A stretch of 63,715 bases of DNA, counting the filler. It is 7 parts of 7 records of this genome, joined end to end, with 100 filler letters (N's around TTAATTAATTAA, not from the genome) between each part and the next. Parts side by side here need not be neighbours in the genome. Positions count along the whole stretch, not along the records: positions 1 to 6,651 come from DRR723986_6094; positions 6,752 to 19,911 come from DRR723986_6159; 5 more parts are not named here. The stretch is one strand, 5' to 3'. The notes under the pieces were generated by a model, which saw only the letters and a list, made by a program, of their open reading frames with translations, was not told the origin of the DNA and searched no databases. The translations under genes and the position numbers were made by a program. Of the stretch, positions 1 through 8,624 are shown piece after piece. The stretch's first letter is position 1, and each line of letters starts with the position of its first letter.

Positions 1-648
1 CGCGCCCCATTGCACCTGCATCATCATCTGTTGCAGCGCACCCATCAGCATGGGCCCCCGCCACACAACGGCCTGATCTTCGTTGGTCATCAAGCCGATC
101 GACATCATGGTGACGCCATGGTTGCGCATGGGCAGAATGGTTTTGCCATCGGGGCTGGCGGGGCGGCCCGAAACCCCCAGCATGCGGGGTTGGCTGGGGC
201 CATAGACATCGGCATCCAGCAGGCCCACGCGGCGCCCTTGGGCGGCCAATGCGCAGGCCAAATTTGCCGAAACGGTCGATTTGCCCACGCCGCCCTTGCC
301 GCTGGCAATGGCGATCACGTGGTTCACACCGGGAATGGTTTCGGGGCCTTTGGGCTGTGCAGGGCGGCCCAGTTTCAGATCGGGGGGCGGTGCTTTTTCG
401 CTGTGCCCGGTCATCACGATGGCCACTTTGGCCACACCGTCTGTGCTGGCAAGCAGCGCCTTGGCCTGGTCTTTCACCGCTTGATAGGCCTGCGCCTGGC
501 TGAGCGGAATTTCCATAACAAAGCGCACGGCGCCCGCGTCGTCTACTGTCAGCGCGCGCACCACGCCGCTGGCCACAATATCGCTGCCTGCCACCGGATC
601 GGTGATGGTTTTCAGCAGCTCTAATACCTGATCACGTGTTGCAGCCAC
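1..648 (-). CDS. mrp: Mrp/ApbC/NBP35 Fe-S cluster carrier ATPase (3' end runs off the window)
   Basis: Missing from the ORF track. My translation from GTG at 648: MAATRDQVLELLKTITDP...VIAIASGKGGVGKSTVSANLA...GLLDADVYGPSQPRM...VVWRGPMLMGAL..QVQWG, all hallmark Mrp motifs. Confidence 0.95.
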   Translation of the reverse strand, partial: MAATRDQVLELLKTITDPVAGSDIVASGVVRALTVDDAGAVRFVMEIPLSQAQAYQAVKDQAKALLASTDGVAKVAIVMTGHSEKAPPPDLKLGRPAQPKGPETIPGVNHVIAIASGKGGVGKSTVSANLACALAAQGRRVGLLDADVYGPSQPRMLGVSGRPASPDGKTILPMRNHGVTMMSIGLMTNEDQAVVWRGPMLMGALQQMMMQVQWGA

Positions 649-649
649 G

Positions 650-841
650 TTATTCCCCCGCCTTGATTTGGCCAGTCACTTGGTGGGTCATGCCCAGCTC
701 TTCGATCGTGATTTCGGCTTTCACCTGATAGGTTTTGCCGCCTGCATCGGCGTTGCGCAATGCCTCTTCGATGGCTTGTTGCGACGTGACGCCCACCTGT
801 TTCAGGAATTTGCGCATCGACATGTTGAAATCTTCGGTCAT
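650..841 (-). CDS. small DUF6494-like protein
   Basis: FNMSMRKFLKQVGVTSQQAIE motif; AGGA RBS; stop is 1 nt from the mrp start. Confidence 0.8.
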   Translation of the reverse strand: MTEDFNMSMRKFLKQVGVTSQQAIEEALRNADAGGKTYQVKAEITIEELGMTHQVTGQIKAGE

Positions 842-897
842 TGGCTGTCCTTTCAGAATGGTTGACGCGCTGTGCCAAACAGATCTAGCGTTTCTGT

Positions 898-1647
898 ATG
901 GGATTGTGGCGCTTTATTTTTGGTCTTTGGCTGCTGGTTGCGGTGCCTTTTGCCGCGACCGCACAGGATAAGGTGGTGCGATTGTTCGCGCCGGCCAGTC
1001 TGGCCGATACTGGTTTGCTGGGCTACATGCTGCCCCGTTTTAGCCTGAAAACCCAAGTGCGGGTTGCCTTGGCTGATACGCCCGATACCGCCGATGTGGT
1101 GTTGGGCGCACAGGGGCATGCGCTGTTTCAGGGGGTGGGCCAGCAATGGCATATAGAGCTGCGTAGCCCCGATCATGCCCCCAGCCAGCGTTTGGCCGAT
1201 TGGCTGCGCTCTGACATCGGCCGCCGCACGGTGCTGGCCTATGCGCCACAGGGCCAGGCGCTGTTTGAGCCGCCCGTTGCTGCACAGGCTGCGGCGGTTG
1301 CGCTGGAATTCACCGGCGATGCAAAGCTGGGCCAGCGGCTGTCGCGGGAAAAATGCAGCCGCTGCCATGTGGTGGATGAACAGACCCGAATGAGCGGTAT
1401 AGGCTCTACACCCAGCTTTGCGGTCTTGCGCAGCTTGCCCGATTGGGACAGCCGGTTTGCTGCGTTTTTCGCGCTGAACCCGCACCCGGCCTTTACCATT
1501 ATTCCCGATGTTACCCCGGCCTTCACAGCTGACAGGCCATCGCCCATCGTGCCGATCACCCTGTCGCTGGAACAGCTCGAGGCGATACTGGCCTATGCCG
1601 CCAGTATCGATGCTGCAGATCTGGGCGGGGCTTTGGTGCATCAGTGA
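898..1647 (+). CDS. exported protein with truncated TupA-like N-domain fused to a c-type cytochrome domain
   Basis: Signal peptide (ATA|Q); DTGLLGYMLPRF and ADWLRSDIGR..GQALF resemble TupA segments; heme motif CSRCH. Confidence 0.75.
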   Translation: MGLWRFIFGLWLLVAVPFAATAQDKVVRLFAPASLADTGLLGYMLPRFSLKTQVRVALADTPDTADVVLGAQGHALFQGVGQQWHIELRSPDHAPSQRLADWLRSDIGRRTVLAYAPQGQALFEPPVAAQAAAVALEFTGDAKLGQRLSREKCSRCHVVDEQTRMSGIGSTPSFAVLRSLPDWDSRFAAFFALNPHPAFTIIPDVTPAFTADRPSPIVPITLSLEQLEAILAYAASIDAADLGGALVHQ

Positions 1648-3590
1648 TCGCGCCGCTTGCTGAAATAATCATCGGTGGTGCGGGGGCGCGGCCGCTCTTT
1701 GCTGGCAAAAGGGTTGTCTTGGGAATGAAACTGCGCGTTTACGCGGCAATCGTCGCACATCTGGATCATGCGCAGCTTGTCGCCCCCGGCAAACATGGAA
1801 TGGCCTTGCAGCTTTTCGGTGATACGCTCGATCGTTGATTTCACCCCAAACAACGCACCGCATTCAACGCAGGCAAATGGCTCTTCCTCGTTCAAAATCT
1901 CTTGGGTTAGTGCCGCATCTGTCAGGTTTAGACGCGGCTCGTAGGTAATGGCATCTTCGGGGCAAATGGTGGCGCAAAGCCCGCATTGCAGGCAGGCATC
2001 TTCTTGAAACCGCAGTTGCGGCAAATCTGGGTTGTCGCCCAGCGCGCCCGAGGGGCACAAAGACACACAAGACAGGCACAATGTGCAGCTGTCGGTATTG
2101 ACCAGCACTGCACCATAGGGGGCGCCTTGGGGCAGGGGCAGAAATTCGGCATCGGGGTGCAGGGCGCGGGCTGCTTGGCGGGTGATTTGCCGGCGCTGGC
2201 CCATCGGGCGCACCGGGTTTGCCACCGGTGTGGGGATGGTTTGCTGAAACAGCGTGTCTGACAGAATATCAGGGTCTGTTACGCTGATCAGAGCCACATT
2301 TTGCGCATCAGAAATGGCCTGCGCCAAAGCCACCTGCGCCTGCAATGCATCAAGATCGGCGCTGGGCCCGGGCAGAATGGAAACGCTGGCAAAGCCTGCC
2401 GCCAATGCAGCCACAATTTCAGCATGGCCAAAGGCACCGATGGCAGAGATTTCCAGTGGAATCACATCGGCCGGCAGGCCATTGCCGAACCGCGCGGCAA
2501 GCTTGATCATTTCGCCGCCATGCGCATCATGCACCAGCAGGCGGGGGGCGGTGCCGCCGGCCTGTAAAAACGCCTTTGCCAGTGTCTGAATACGGGTGAA
2601 TGTTTGCGCCACTGGTGGTGCATCATAGCTGATGGCGCCCGATGGGCAGGCCGATGAACAGGCGCCGCAGCCTGCGCAGATCATCGGATCGACGCTAACA
2701 TGTTCGCCTGCGGGCATGATGGCGCCGGTTGGGCACAGATCCAGGCAGCGCGTGCAGCCTGTTTGTTCGGCCCGGCTGTGGGCGCAAAGCAGCGGATCGG
2801 TGCGCACATAAAGGGGCTTTTCAAAGGTGCCAACCAGATGCGACGCGGCCAAAACGGCGGCAGAAACTGCGGGTGGGTGGCCCGGATCGGCGCGCAGATA
2901 GCCTTCGCGTTTTTCATGGGCTGGAAACAGCGGCTGGGCGCCGCGCAAATCTAGCAAAATATCGCAGTGCGTGGTGCCGCCATCGCGGGGGGTGCTTAGG
3001 CCCAAGGCGCCGCGCCCGCCGGGCTGCACCGTTTGCAGGGCGTCGATAACCACCTCGAACTGGCCCAACGCCCCTTTTGCGCGGCGAAACTGGCCGATAA
3101 CCACGTCAAAATCGCGGGTATCGGGCAGGGTTTTGGCACTATCCAGCAAAACAGTGACGCCCAAAAATTCTTTCAGTTGCTCGGCCGCTGGCAGGGTGGT
3201 TTCCGCGGGGCCCAGGATAAGGCACAGCCCCTGCGAGATAACATCAACCGATTTTTCGGGCGCGGCGGGCAGCAGGGCCTCGGCCACCAATGCGGACATT
3301 TTGGGTAGTTTCGATGCCGCATCGGCCGACCAGCCCGCCCTGTCGCGCAGGTCCAGCACAGGGGGGGCATCGGCGCCCAGTTCCTCGGCCAATTGGGCGA
3401 AAAGCCGGGCCTCTTGGGTGCAACAAAAAATTACATCTGGGTCTGAAACAGCGGCGGCTGCTTGGTCAATTTGGGTGGTGCACAGGGCAGAACAGGGCTG
3501 GCGCACCTGTAGGCCGGTGGCCTGCGACAGCGCTTGCGCGTCAATGGGGTTTGACCCCAAACAATCGCATGTAATCAATGTCTTGGTCAT
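1641..3590 (-). CDS. 4Fe-4S dicluster/polyferredoxin protein of the FDH cluster
   Basis: Four CxxCxxCxxxCP-type motifs plus C-terminal CxxC...CxxC; start chosen at ATG 3590 after GAGGGG RBS. Confidence 0.9.
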   Translation of the reverse strand: MTKTLITCDCLGSNPIDAQALSQATGLQVRQPCSALCTTQIDQAAAAVSDPDVIFCCTQEARLFAQLAEELGADAPPVLDLRDRAGWSADAASKLPKMSALVAEALLPAAPEKSVDVISQGLCLILGPAETTLPAAEQLKEFLGVTVLLDSAKTLPDTRDFDVVIGQFRRAKGALGQFEVVIDALQTVQPGGRGALGLSTPRDGGTTHCDILLDLRGAQPLFPAHEKREGYLRADPGHPPAVSAAVLAASHLVGTFEKPLYVRTDPLLCAHSRAEQTGCTRCLDLCPTGAIMPAGEHVSVDPMICAGCGACSSACPSGAISYDAPPVAQTFTRIQTLAKAFLQAGGTAPRLLVHDAHGGEMIKLAARFGNGLPADVIPLEISAIGAFGHAEIVAALAAGFASVSILPGPSADLDALQAQVALAQAISDAQNVALISVTDPDILSDTLFQQTIPTPVANPVRPMGQRRQITRQAARALHPDAEFLPLPQGAPYGAVLVNTDSCTLCLSCVSLCPSGALGDNPDLPQLRFQEDACLQCGLCATICPEDAITYEPRLNLTDAALTQEILNEEEPFACVECGALFGVKSTIERITEKLQGHSMFAGGDKLRMIQMCDDCRVNAQFHSQDNPFASKERPRPRTTDDYFSKRRDH

Positions 3591-3941
3591 CGTTCCCCTC
3601 CGGTCCAAGGGCTGTTTTTGCAGCGAAATTTTCCCTTGGTGCTGGCAAAAGCTAGTCATGAAAACAGGGGCCGACAACCGGTTTGTTGCGCCGGCGGTGG
3701 CGGCGGGCTTGGCATTTCGGTGTGCCGAATCACCCCTTGATTCGGTTTTTGGGGCCCAAGGGGTGGGGCGCTATAAATCTGACAAAAACTATCAATTTAG
3801 ACATTTCGTCCAAAGCCGCCCGGCGGGCCCGTGCAGTTTGTCCATTTTGTCCGAGATCTGGCAAACAGGGCCTGGAAGGGGAAAAACCGCTTTTCACACG
3901 GCGGCATACCACTGCATTCTTTCCCACGGAGGAAGGCCCCA

Positions 3942-4505
3942 GTGATCCATAACCCGAAAATGTACCGCACCATGCCGGTGGGCATTGTCCTGCGCAAAGC
4001 GCCGGGCGTTACGCGTTGGGTGAAATGGCACTGGACTGCCAGCGCCGTTTTGCCCGGTGCAGGCCCCGCCGATTGGCGCGAATTGCGCCGCGAAGGCGAG
4101 GCGGTGGAATACCATGCCGCCACCAAAGTGCTGGAATTGCACGGCGCCGATACCGAGGCCTATTTGCACGGCCTGACCGCCGAAGTGCCCAGCATCTATG
4201 TGGTGATGCGCGAGGGCGAGGGCGATGTGCCGCTGGATATCGTGCTGGTCACAGCCTCGCCCTACGAGGCGCAAGACTATACCGACAGCGGCGAAGAAAT
4301 CGTGGAAAAGGTGCCCATGCCCAATGGGCTGGTGGCGTGGGTGCGTGAATTTGTAGAAGAGTTTCACCAAGAAGAGGCCTTTATCAAACGCAAGCGCGAC
4401 AAGAAAAATATTGATCTGCGCGAAGACGGCATTGGCGACCCGCGCATTGGCAAGGTCGAAGACGTATATGCCTCGCCCGCATTAAAGCGGAGGCGCCTGC
4501 AATGA
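3942..4505 (+). CDS. DUF3305 family protein (FDH-associated)
   Basis: RW..W.W.ASAVLPG and VTASPYEAQDY..F.KRKRD motifs; GTG start after GGAGG. Confidence 0.88.
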   Translation: MIHNPKMYRTMPVGIVLRKAPGVTRWVKWHWTASAVLPGAGPADWRELRREGEAVEYHAATKVLELHGADTEAYLHGLTAEVPSIYVVMREGEGDVPLDIVLVTASPYEAQDYTDSGEEIVEKVPMPNGLVAWVREFVEEFHQEEAFIKRKRDKKNIDLREDGIGDPRIGKVEDVYASPALKRRRLQ

Positions 4506-5167
4506 GCGATTTCTGGCAGCGCCGCAAAGCCCTGGTGCAAAAAGAACAGCTGGCCGAACAGCAGGCCGTCGAGGCGCAGCTTGCCCGCCAAGAAGAGGCG
4601 CGCCTGGCCGAGAAAACCGACGAAGAGCTGCTGGCCGATGCAGGCCTGCCCGAACCCGAGGTTTTAGACAGCCCAGAAGGGGTGCGCGAATTCTTGCAAT
4701 CGGCCCTGCCGCAGCGGCTGAAAACCCGGGCTTTGCGGCGTTTGTGGCAGCTAAACCCGATTTTCGCGCAGCTGGATGGGCTGGTGGACTATGGCGAAGA
4801 TTTCACCGATAGCGCCCGGGTGATCGAAAACATGCAAACCGCCTATGTGGTGGGTAAAGGCATGCTAACCCGTTTTGACAAGGCGTTGGCCGATGCAGAT
4901 GATGCGGGCCTGACAGGCGCGACCCAGGCTGAAAACCTCGCTGAAAGCGTGGCCGAAAATGCCGATGATCACGAAGTGGCCGAAGCGGGCGCTGGCCTGG
5001 GCCCTGATGCGGGCACCGATACCAAAGAACCCCAGCCTGATCTGGCCGGTGATGGCCCCGCCACGCCACAGCCCGCCCCCCTTGCCGCCTATGACGACAG
5101 CGCTGATGATGCGCCTGTGGCCCTGCCGGCCACGATGCGCCGCATGCGCTTTCACTTTGAAACATGA
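4502..5167 (+). CDS. DUF3306 family protein (FDH-associated)
   Basis: FWQRRK...ALRRLW..NP.FAQLDGLVDYGEDFT; ATGA overlap with the upstream gene. Confidence 0.88.
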   Translation: MSDFWQRRKALVQKEQLAEQQAVEAQLARQEEARLAEKTDEELLADAGLPEPEVLDSPEGVREFLQSALPQRLKTRALRRLWQLNPIFAQLDGLVDYGEDFTDSARVIENMQTAYVVGKGMLTRFDKALADADDAGLTGATQAENLAESVAENADDHEVAEAGAGLGPDAGTDTKEPQPDLAGDGPATPQPAPLAAYDDSADDAPVALPATMRRMRFHFET

Positions 5168-5784
5168 CAGGATTGCCGATGACCGCTGCCGAAACATACA
5201 CCATCGCCGAAGAAGACAGGCTGCGCGCTGACCTATATAATTTCATGGGCGTCATTTTGTCTGGCCCGCCGGATGACATGCTGTTGGGCCAAACGGCAGG
5301 GTTGCAAGGCGACAGCACCGATCTGGGCCAGGCGATTAGCACCCTGGCCAAAATGGCCCGTATCACCAAGCCCAGAACCGTGGAAAGCGAATATAACCGG
5401 CTGTTTATCGGCCTGGGGCGGGGCGAATTGCTGCCCTATGCCAGCTATTATCTGACAGGGTTTTTGAACGAAAAGCCCCTGGCGCTGTTGCGCCAAGACA
5501 TGACAGCCCAAGGGCTGGCGCGGGCGCAAAACGTGTTTGAACCCGAAGATAACATCGCCAGCCTGATGGAAATGATGGGCGCAATGATTGTGGGCCGCTT
5601 TGGCAGGCCTGCTGATCTGAATACCCAGAAAACATTTTTCAACAAACACATCGGCCCGTGGGCGGGGCATTTCTTTTCAGATTTGGAAGGTGCGAAAAAC
5701 TCGGTTTTCTATGCGCCGGTCGGCACTGTCGGACGGCTGTTTATGGATGTCGAGGCCGAAGCCTTTCGAATGAGCGCGGCCTGA
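5164..5784 (+). CDS. TorD/DmsD family molybdoenzyme chaperone
   Basis: LFIG.GRGELLPYASYYLTG and EPEDNIA motifs. Confidence 0.92.
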   Translation: MTGLPMTAAETYTIAEEDRLRADLYNFMGVILSGPPDDMLLGQTAGLQGDSTDLGQAISTLAKMARITKPRTVESEYNRLFIGLGRGELLPYASYYLTGFLNEKPLALLRQDMTAQGLARAQNVFEPEDNIASLMEMMGAMIVGRFGRPADLNTQKTFFNKHIGPWAGHFFSDLEGAKNSVFYAPVGTVGRLFMDVEAEAFRMSAA

Positions 5785-5836
5785 CCGGGCCGCAAAACTG
5801 GCGGGCAACCGCCTTAACCAGAGAGGAGGCTCTCAA

Positions 5837-6031
5837 ATGACCAGAAAAACCGAGGAGGCCACAAGCCGCCGCGATTTTCTGAAGCTGGCAGGCACAACAG
5901 CGCCCGTTGCGGCACTGGCCGTGGCCACCAGCGCGGGCACCGGGGCAGAAGCCGCGGCGCCTGACCTGAGCTTGGACAAGATCCAAGACACCGCGCATAC
6001 GCGCGCATACTACAGCAGCGCCCGGTTCTAA
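5837..6031 (+). CDS. small Tat-signal protein of the FDH region
   Basis: SRRDFLK twin-arginine motif; C-terminal TAHTRAYY.SARF; GAGGAGG RBS. Confidence 0.88.
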   Translation: MTRKTEEATSRRDFLKLAGTTAPVAALAVATSAGTGAEAAAPDLSLDKIQDTAHTRAYYSSARF

Positions 6032-6132
6032 CTGGACGACGCATCGTGGTGGAACAACTGGTTGCGTGAGGCCCGACCGTTCCGCCGTATCGAGGCCAAG
6101 CGCGCATGGTGCGCGTGAAGGGAGATGATAAC

Positions 6133-6651
6133 ATGTTGAGGAAAAAGACCAACGGGGTTGCGCGACGCCCCCAGCGGACAAGTATCCTTTCCGAGGTGGC
6201 AAACACCTCGGTGGACCGCCGTGCGTTTTTGCGCGGCTCTGGTCTGGCAATCGGGGGCCTGGCGGCTGTTGCTGCCACCGGCGGCACCGTAACCCAGGCC
6301 AATGCAGCCTCGGCCGCCACTGGCGCGGTAGAGCTGAAAAAATCGGTCTGCACCCATTGTTCGGTTGGGTGTACCGTTGTGGCCGAAGTGGCCGATGGCG
6401 TTTGGGTTGGGCAAGAGCCCGGCTGGGACAGCCCCTTTAACCTGGGCGCGCATTGCGCCAAAGGTGCCTCTGTGCGCGAACACGCCCATGGCGAGCGCCG
6501 CTTGAAATACCCGATGAAAAAAGAGGGTGGCGAGTGGAAGCGCATCAGCTGGGAACAGGCGATCACCGAGATCGGCGACAACATGCTGAAAATCCGTGGC
6601 GAAAGCGGCCCGGACAGCGTGTATTGGCTGGGTTCGGCCAAGCACAACAAC
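6133..6651 (+). CDS. fdhA: formate dehydrogenase alpha subunit, 5' part (cut by contig end)
   Basis: Tat motif DRRAFLR; CTHCSVGC...HCAKG Fe-S motif; RLKYPMK...WKRISWEQA; GPDSVYWLGSAK. Confidence 0.9.
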
Positions 6652-6751
6652 NNNNNNNNNNNNNNNNNNNNNNNNNNNNNNNNNNNNNNNNNNNNTTAAT
6701 TAATTAANNNNNNNNNNNNNNNNNNNNNNNNNNNNNNNNNNNNNNNNNNNN
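6652..6751. other. artificial contig linker
   Basis: N44-TTAATTAATTAA-N44, stop codons in all six frames. Confidence 0.99.
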
Positions 6752-6819
6752 GGTACCGCCCCCGGGTCCGATCCGTTTATTCCATGCGCGTTTATGCCCA
6801 TAGTCCCCAAAGGGACACC
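6752..6819 (-). ncRNA. ssrA: tmRNA (two-piece permuted alphaproteobacterial ssrA), first part of the gene, truncated in the T-arm
   Basis: Minus strand reads GGGGACTATGGGCATAAACGCGCATGGAATAAACGGATCGGACCCGGGGGCGGTACC. GGACCCGGGGGCGGTACC(CGGCGNCTCCACCA) is the characteristic alpha-tmRNA T-arm sequence. Confidence 0.82.
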
Positions 6820-6822
6820 TTA

Positions 6823-6851
6823 GATATAGGGCTGCGCAGGCCAGATGAAAA
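6823..6851 (-). promoter_or_regulatory. putative housekeeping promoter of ssrA
   Basis: Minus strand TTTTCA-N17-TATATC directly upstream of the tmRNA sequence. Confidence 0.55.
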
Positions 6852-6921
6852 GGGGGTATTGATCTTTGGCCGTCAAGGTTGAACTTTGGCATCACGACCG
6901 CCTGCAAAAAGGAGCTGTACC

Positions 6922-7431
6922 ATGATCACCCCAGACTATGTGCGCCTGCTTGCGCGCTATAACACGTGGCAAAACCAGCAGTTGCGCGCCTGTCTTGAAA
7001 CCTTGCCCCCCGATCACGTGCAGGCCGATCAGGGGCTCTTTTGGGGCTCGATCTTGGGCACGGCGAACCATCTTTTATGGGCCGATATGAACTGGATGCA
7101 CCGCTTTGATGGCGCGCCGGGGCATGATCTGGCGATGAAAGACAGCGCCAGCCTGTGCCCCACACTGGCCGTCTGGGCGGCCGAGCGGTTTCGCACCGAT
7201 GGGCGCATCGCGCTTTGGGCCAAGGGGCTGCGCAGCATAGATCTGGCCGGGCGGTTGCGCTGGCACTCGCCGCTGGCCGGGGGTGAGGTGGACAAGCCGT
7301 TGGGCGAATTGGTGGTGCATATGTTCAATCACCAAACCCACCACCGCGGCCAAATTCACGCCAGCCTGTGTGCGGCAGGGCTGGCCGCGCCGGTGACAGA
7401 CCTGTTTTTGATGCCAGATCAGGCCGGCTGA
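6922..7431 (+). CDS. DinB family protein
   Basis: ARYN.W.N, GSI.GT.NHLLWAD..W and H.FNHQTHHRGQ motifs; AAGGAG RBS. Confidence 0.92.
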   Translation: MITPDYVRLLARYNTWQNQQLRACLETLPPDHVQADQGLFWGSILGTANHLLWADMNWMHRFDGAPGHDLAMKDSASLCPTLAVWAAERFRTDGRIALWAKGLRSIDLAGRLRWHSPLAGGEVDKPLGELVVHMFNHQTHHRGQIHASLCAAGLAAPVTDLFLMPDQAG

Positions 7432-7574
7432 TGGCGGGGTGATTTTTTCCCGCGCAAGCCTTGCAGGGGCGCCCAAGCCATGGGCATAGTTGCGCCAATT
7501 CGCGCCCGACCGCCCGCGCCATACGGGGCCCGGCTGGCCGGCGCTTGGGCAGATCGACAGAAAAGGAAAGACGC

Positions 7575-8567
7575 ATGTTTAACGCTTTGGTGGTGGAAAA
7601 GAACGACGAGGGCAAAACCCATGCCGCGGTTCGTCAGATCGATATCGATGCGCTGCCCGAGGGCGATGTGCTGGTGGCGGTCGATTATTCGACGCTGAAT
7701 TACAAAGACGGCTTATGCATTGGGCCGGGCGGTGGCCTGGTGCGCACCTATCCCCATGTGCCGGGTATCGATTTTGCCGGCACGGTCGAGGCCAGCCAAG
7801 ACCCGCGCTATGCCCCCGGCCATAAGGTGGTGCTGACAGGCTGGCGCGTGGGCGAGGTGCATTGGGGTGGATACGCGCAAAAGGCGCGCGTCAAGGCCGA
7901 TTGGCTGGTGCCCTTGCCGCAATCGATCTCGACACGCGATGCCATGGCGGTGGGCACTGCGGGGTTGACATCGATGCTGGCGGTGATGGCGCTGCAAGAT
8001 CACGGGCTGGTGCCGGGTGCGGGGCCAGTGTTGGTCACAGGCGCTGCGGGCGGTGTGGGCTCGGTCGCGGTGGCGCTTTTGGCGGCGCTGGGGCACGAGG
8101 TGGCGGCTGTCACGGGCCGGCCCGAACAGGAAGATTATTTGCGCAGCCTCGGCGCGGCGCAAATCGTGGCCCGCGACAGCCTGACCGAGCTTACGCGCAA
8201 GCCGCTCGAGGCGGAAACCTGGGCGGGCTGTGTTGATGCGGTGGGCGGCGCCATGCTGGGGCGGGTGTTGAAGCAAATGAACTACGGCAGTTCGGTGGCC
8301 GCTATTGGCCTGGCCGGTGGCGCCGCGATCGAGGGGGCGCTGATCACCCCCTTTATCCTGCGGGGCGTCAATCTTTTGGGCATCGACAGCGTGATGCAAC
8401 CCTTTGAAAACCGCAAACGCGCCTGGGCGCGTTTGGCCGCTGACCTGCCTATGGAAAAGCTGCATTCCATGGTGCAGATGGCCACGCTGGGCGATCTGCC
8501 GGGGCTTGGCGCCGATATTCTGAAAGGCCAGGTTAAGGGCCGCGTTGTGGTGGATGTGAACGCCTAA
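7575..8567 (+). CDS. acuI: acryloyl-CoA reductase AcuI/YhdH (MDR family)
   Basis: YSTLNYKDG, PGIDFAG, VLVTGAAGGVGS, PFILRGVNLLGIDSV. Confidence 0.92.
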   Translation: MFNALVVEKNDEGKTHAAVRQIDIDALPEGDVLVAVDYSTLNYKDGLCIGPGGGLVRTYPHVPGIDFAGTVEASQDPRYAPGHKVVLTGWRVGEVHWGGYAQKARVKADWLVPLPQSISTRDAMAVGTAGLTSMLAVMALQDHGLVPGAGPVLVTGAAGGVGSVAVALLAALGHEVAAVTGRPEQEDYLRSLGAAQIVARDSLTELTRKPLEAETWAGCVDAVGGAMLGRVLKQMNYGSSVAAIGLAGGAAIEGALITPFILRGVNLLGIDSVMQPFENRKRAWARLAADLPMEKLHSMVQMATLGDLPGLGADILKGQVKGRVVVDVNA

Positions 8568-8624
8568 AATCAGAAATGGGCGCCCCAGATGGGGCGCCTG
8601 CCGATAGATCAACAGGGGGTAGGC

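Noticed and set aside
10..624. 204-aa plus-strand ORF at window start
   Set aside because: Antisense shadow of mrp
3769..3800. CGCTATAAAT as a ModE/MopA box in the divergent FDH promoter region
   Set aside because: Only a weak half-site; second arm missing
6133..6651. Selenocysteine recoding in fdhA
   Set aside because: The catalytic Cys/Sec codon lies beyond the contig break; no in-frame TGA is visible
6652..6751. TTAATTAATTAA motif repeated six times and ORFs ending in X...LIN
   Set aside because: Artificial linker, not a biological repeat
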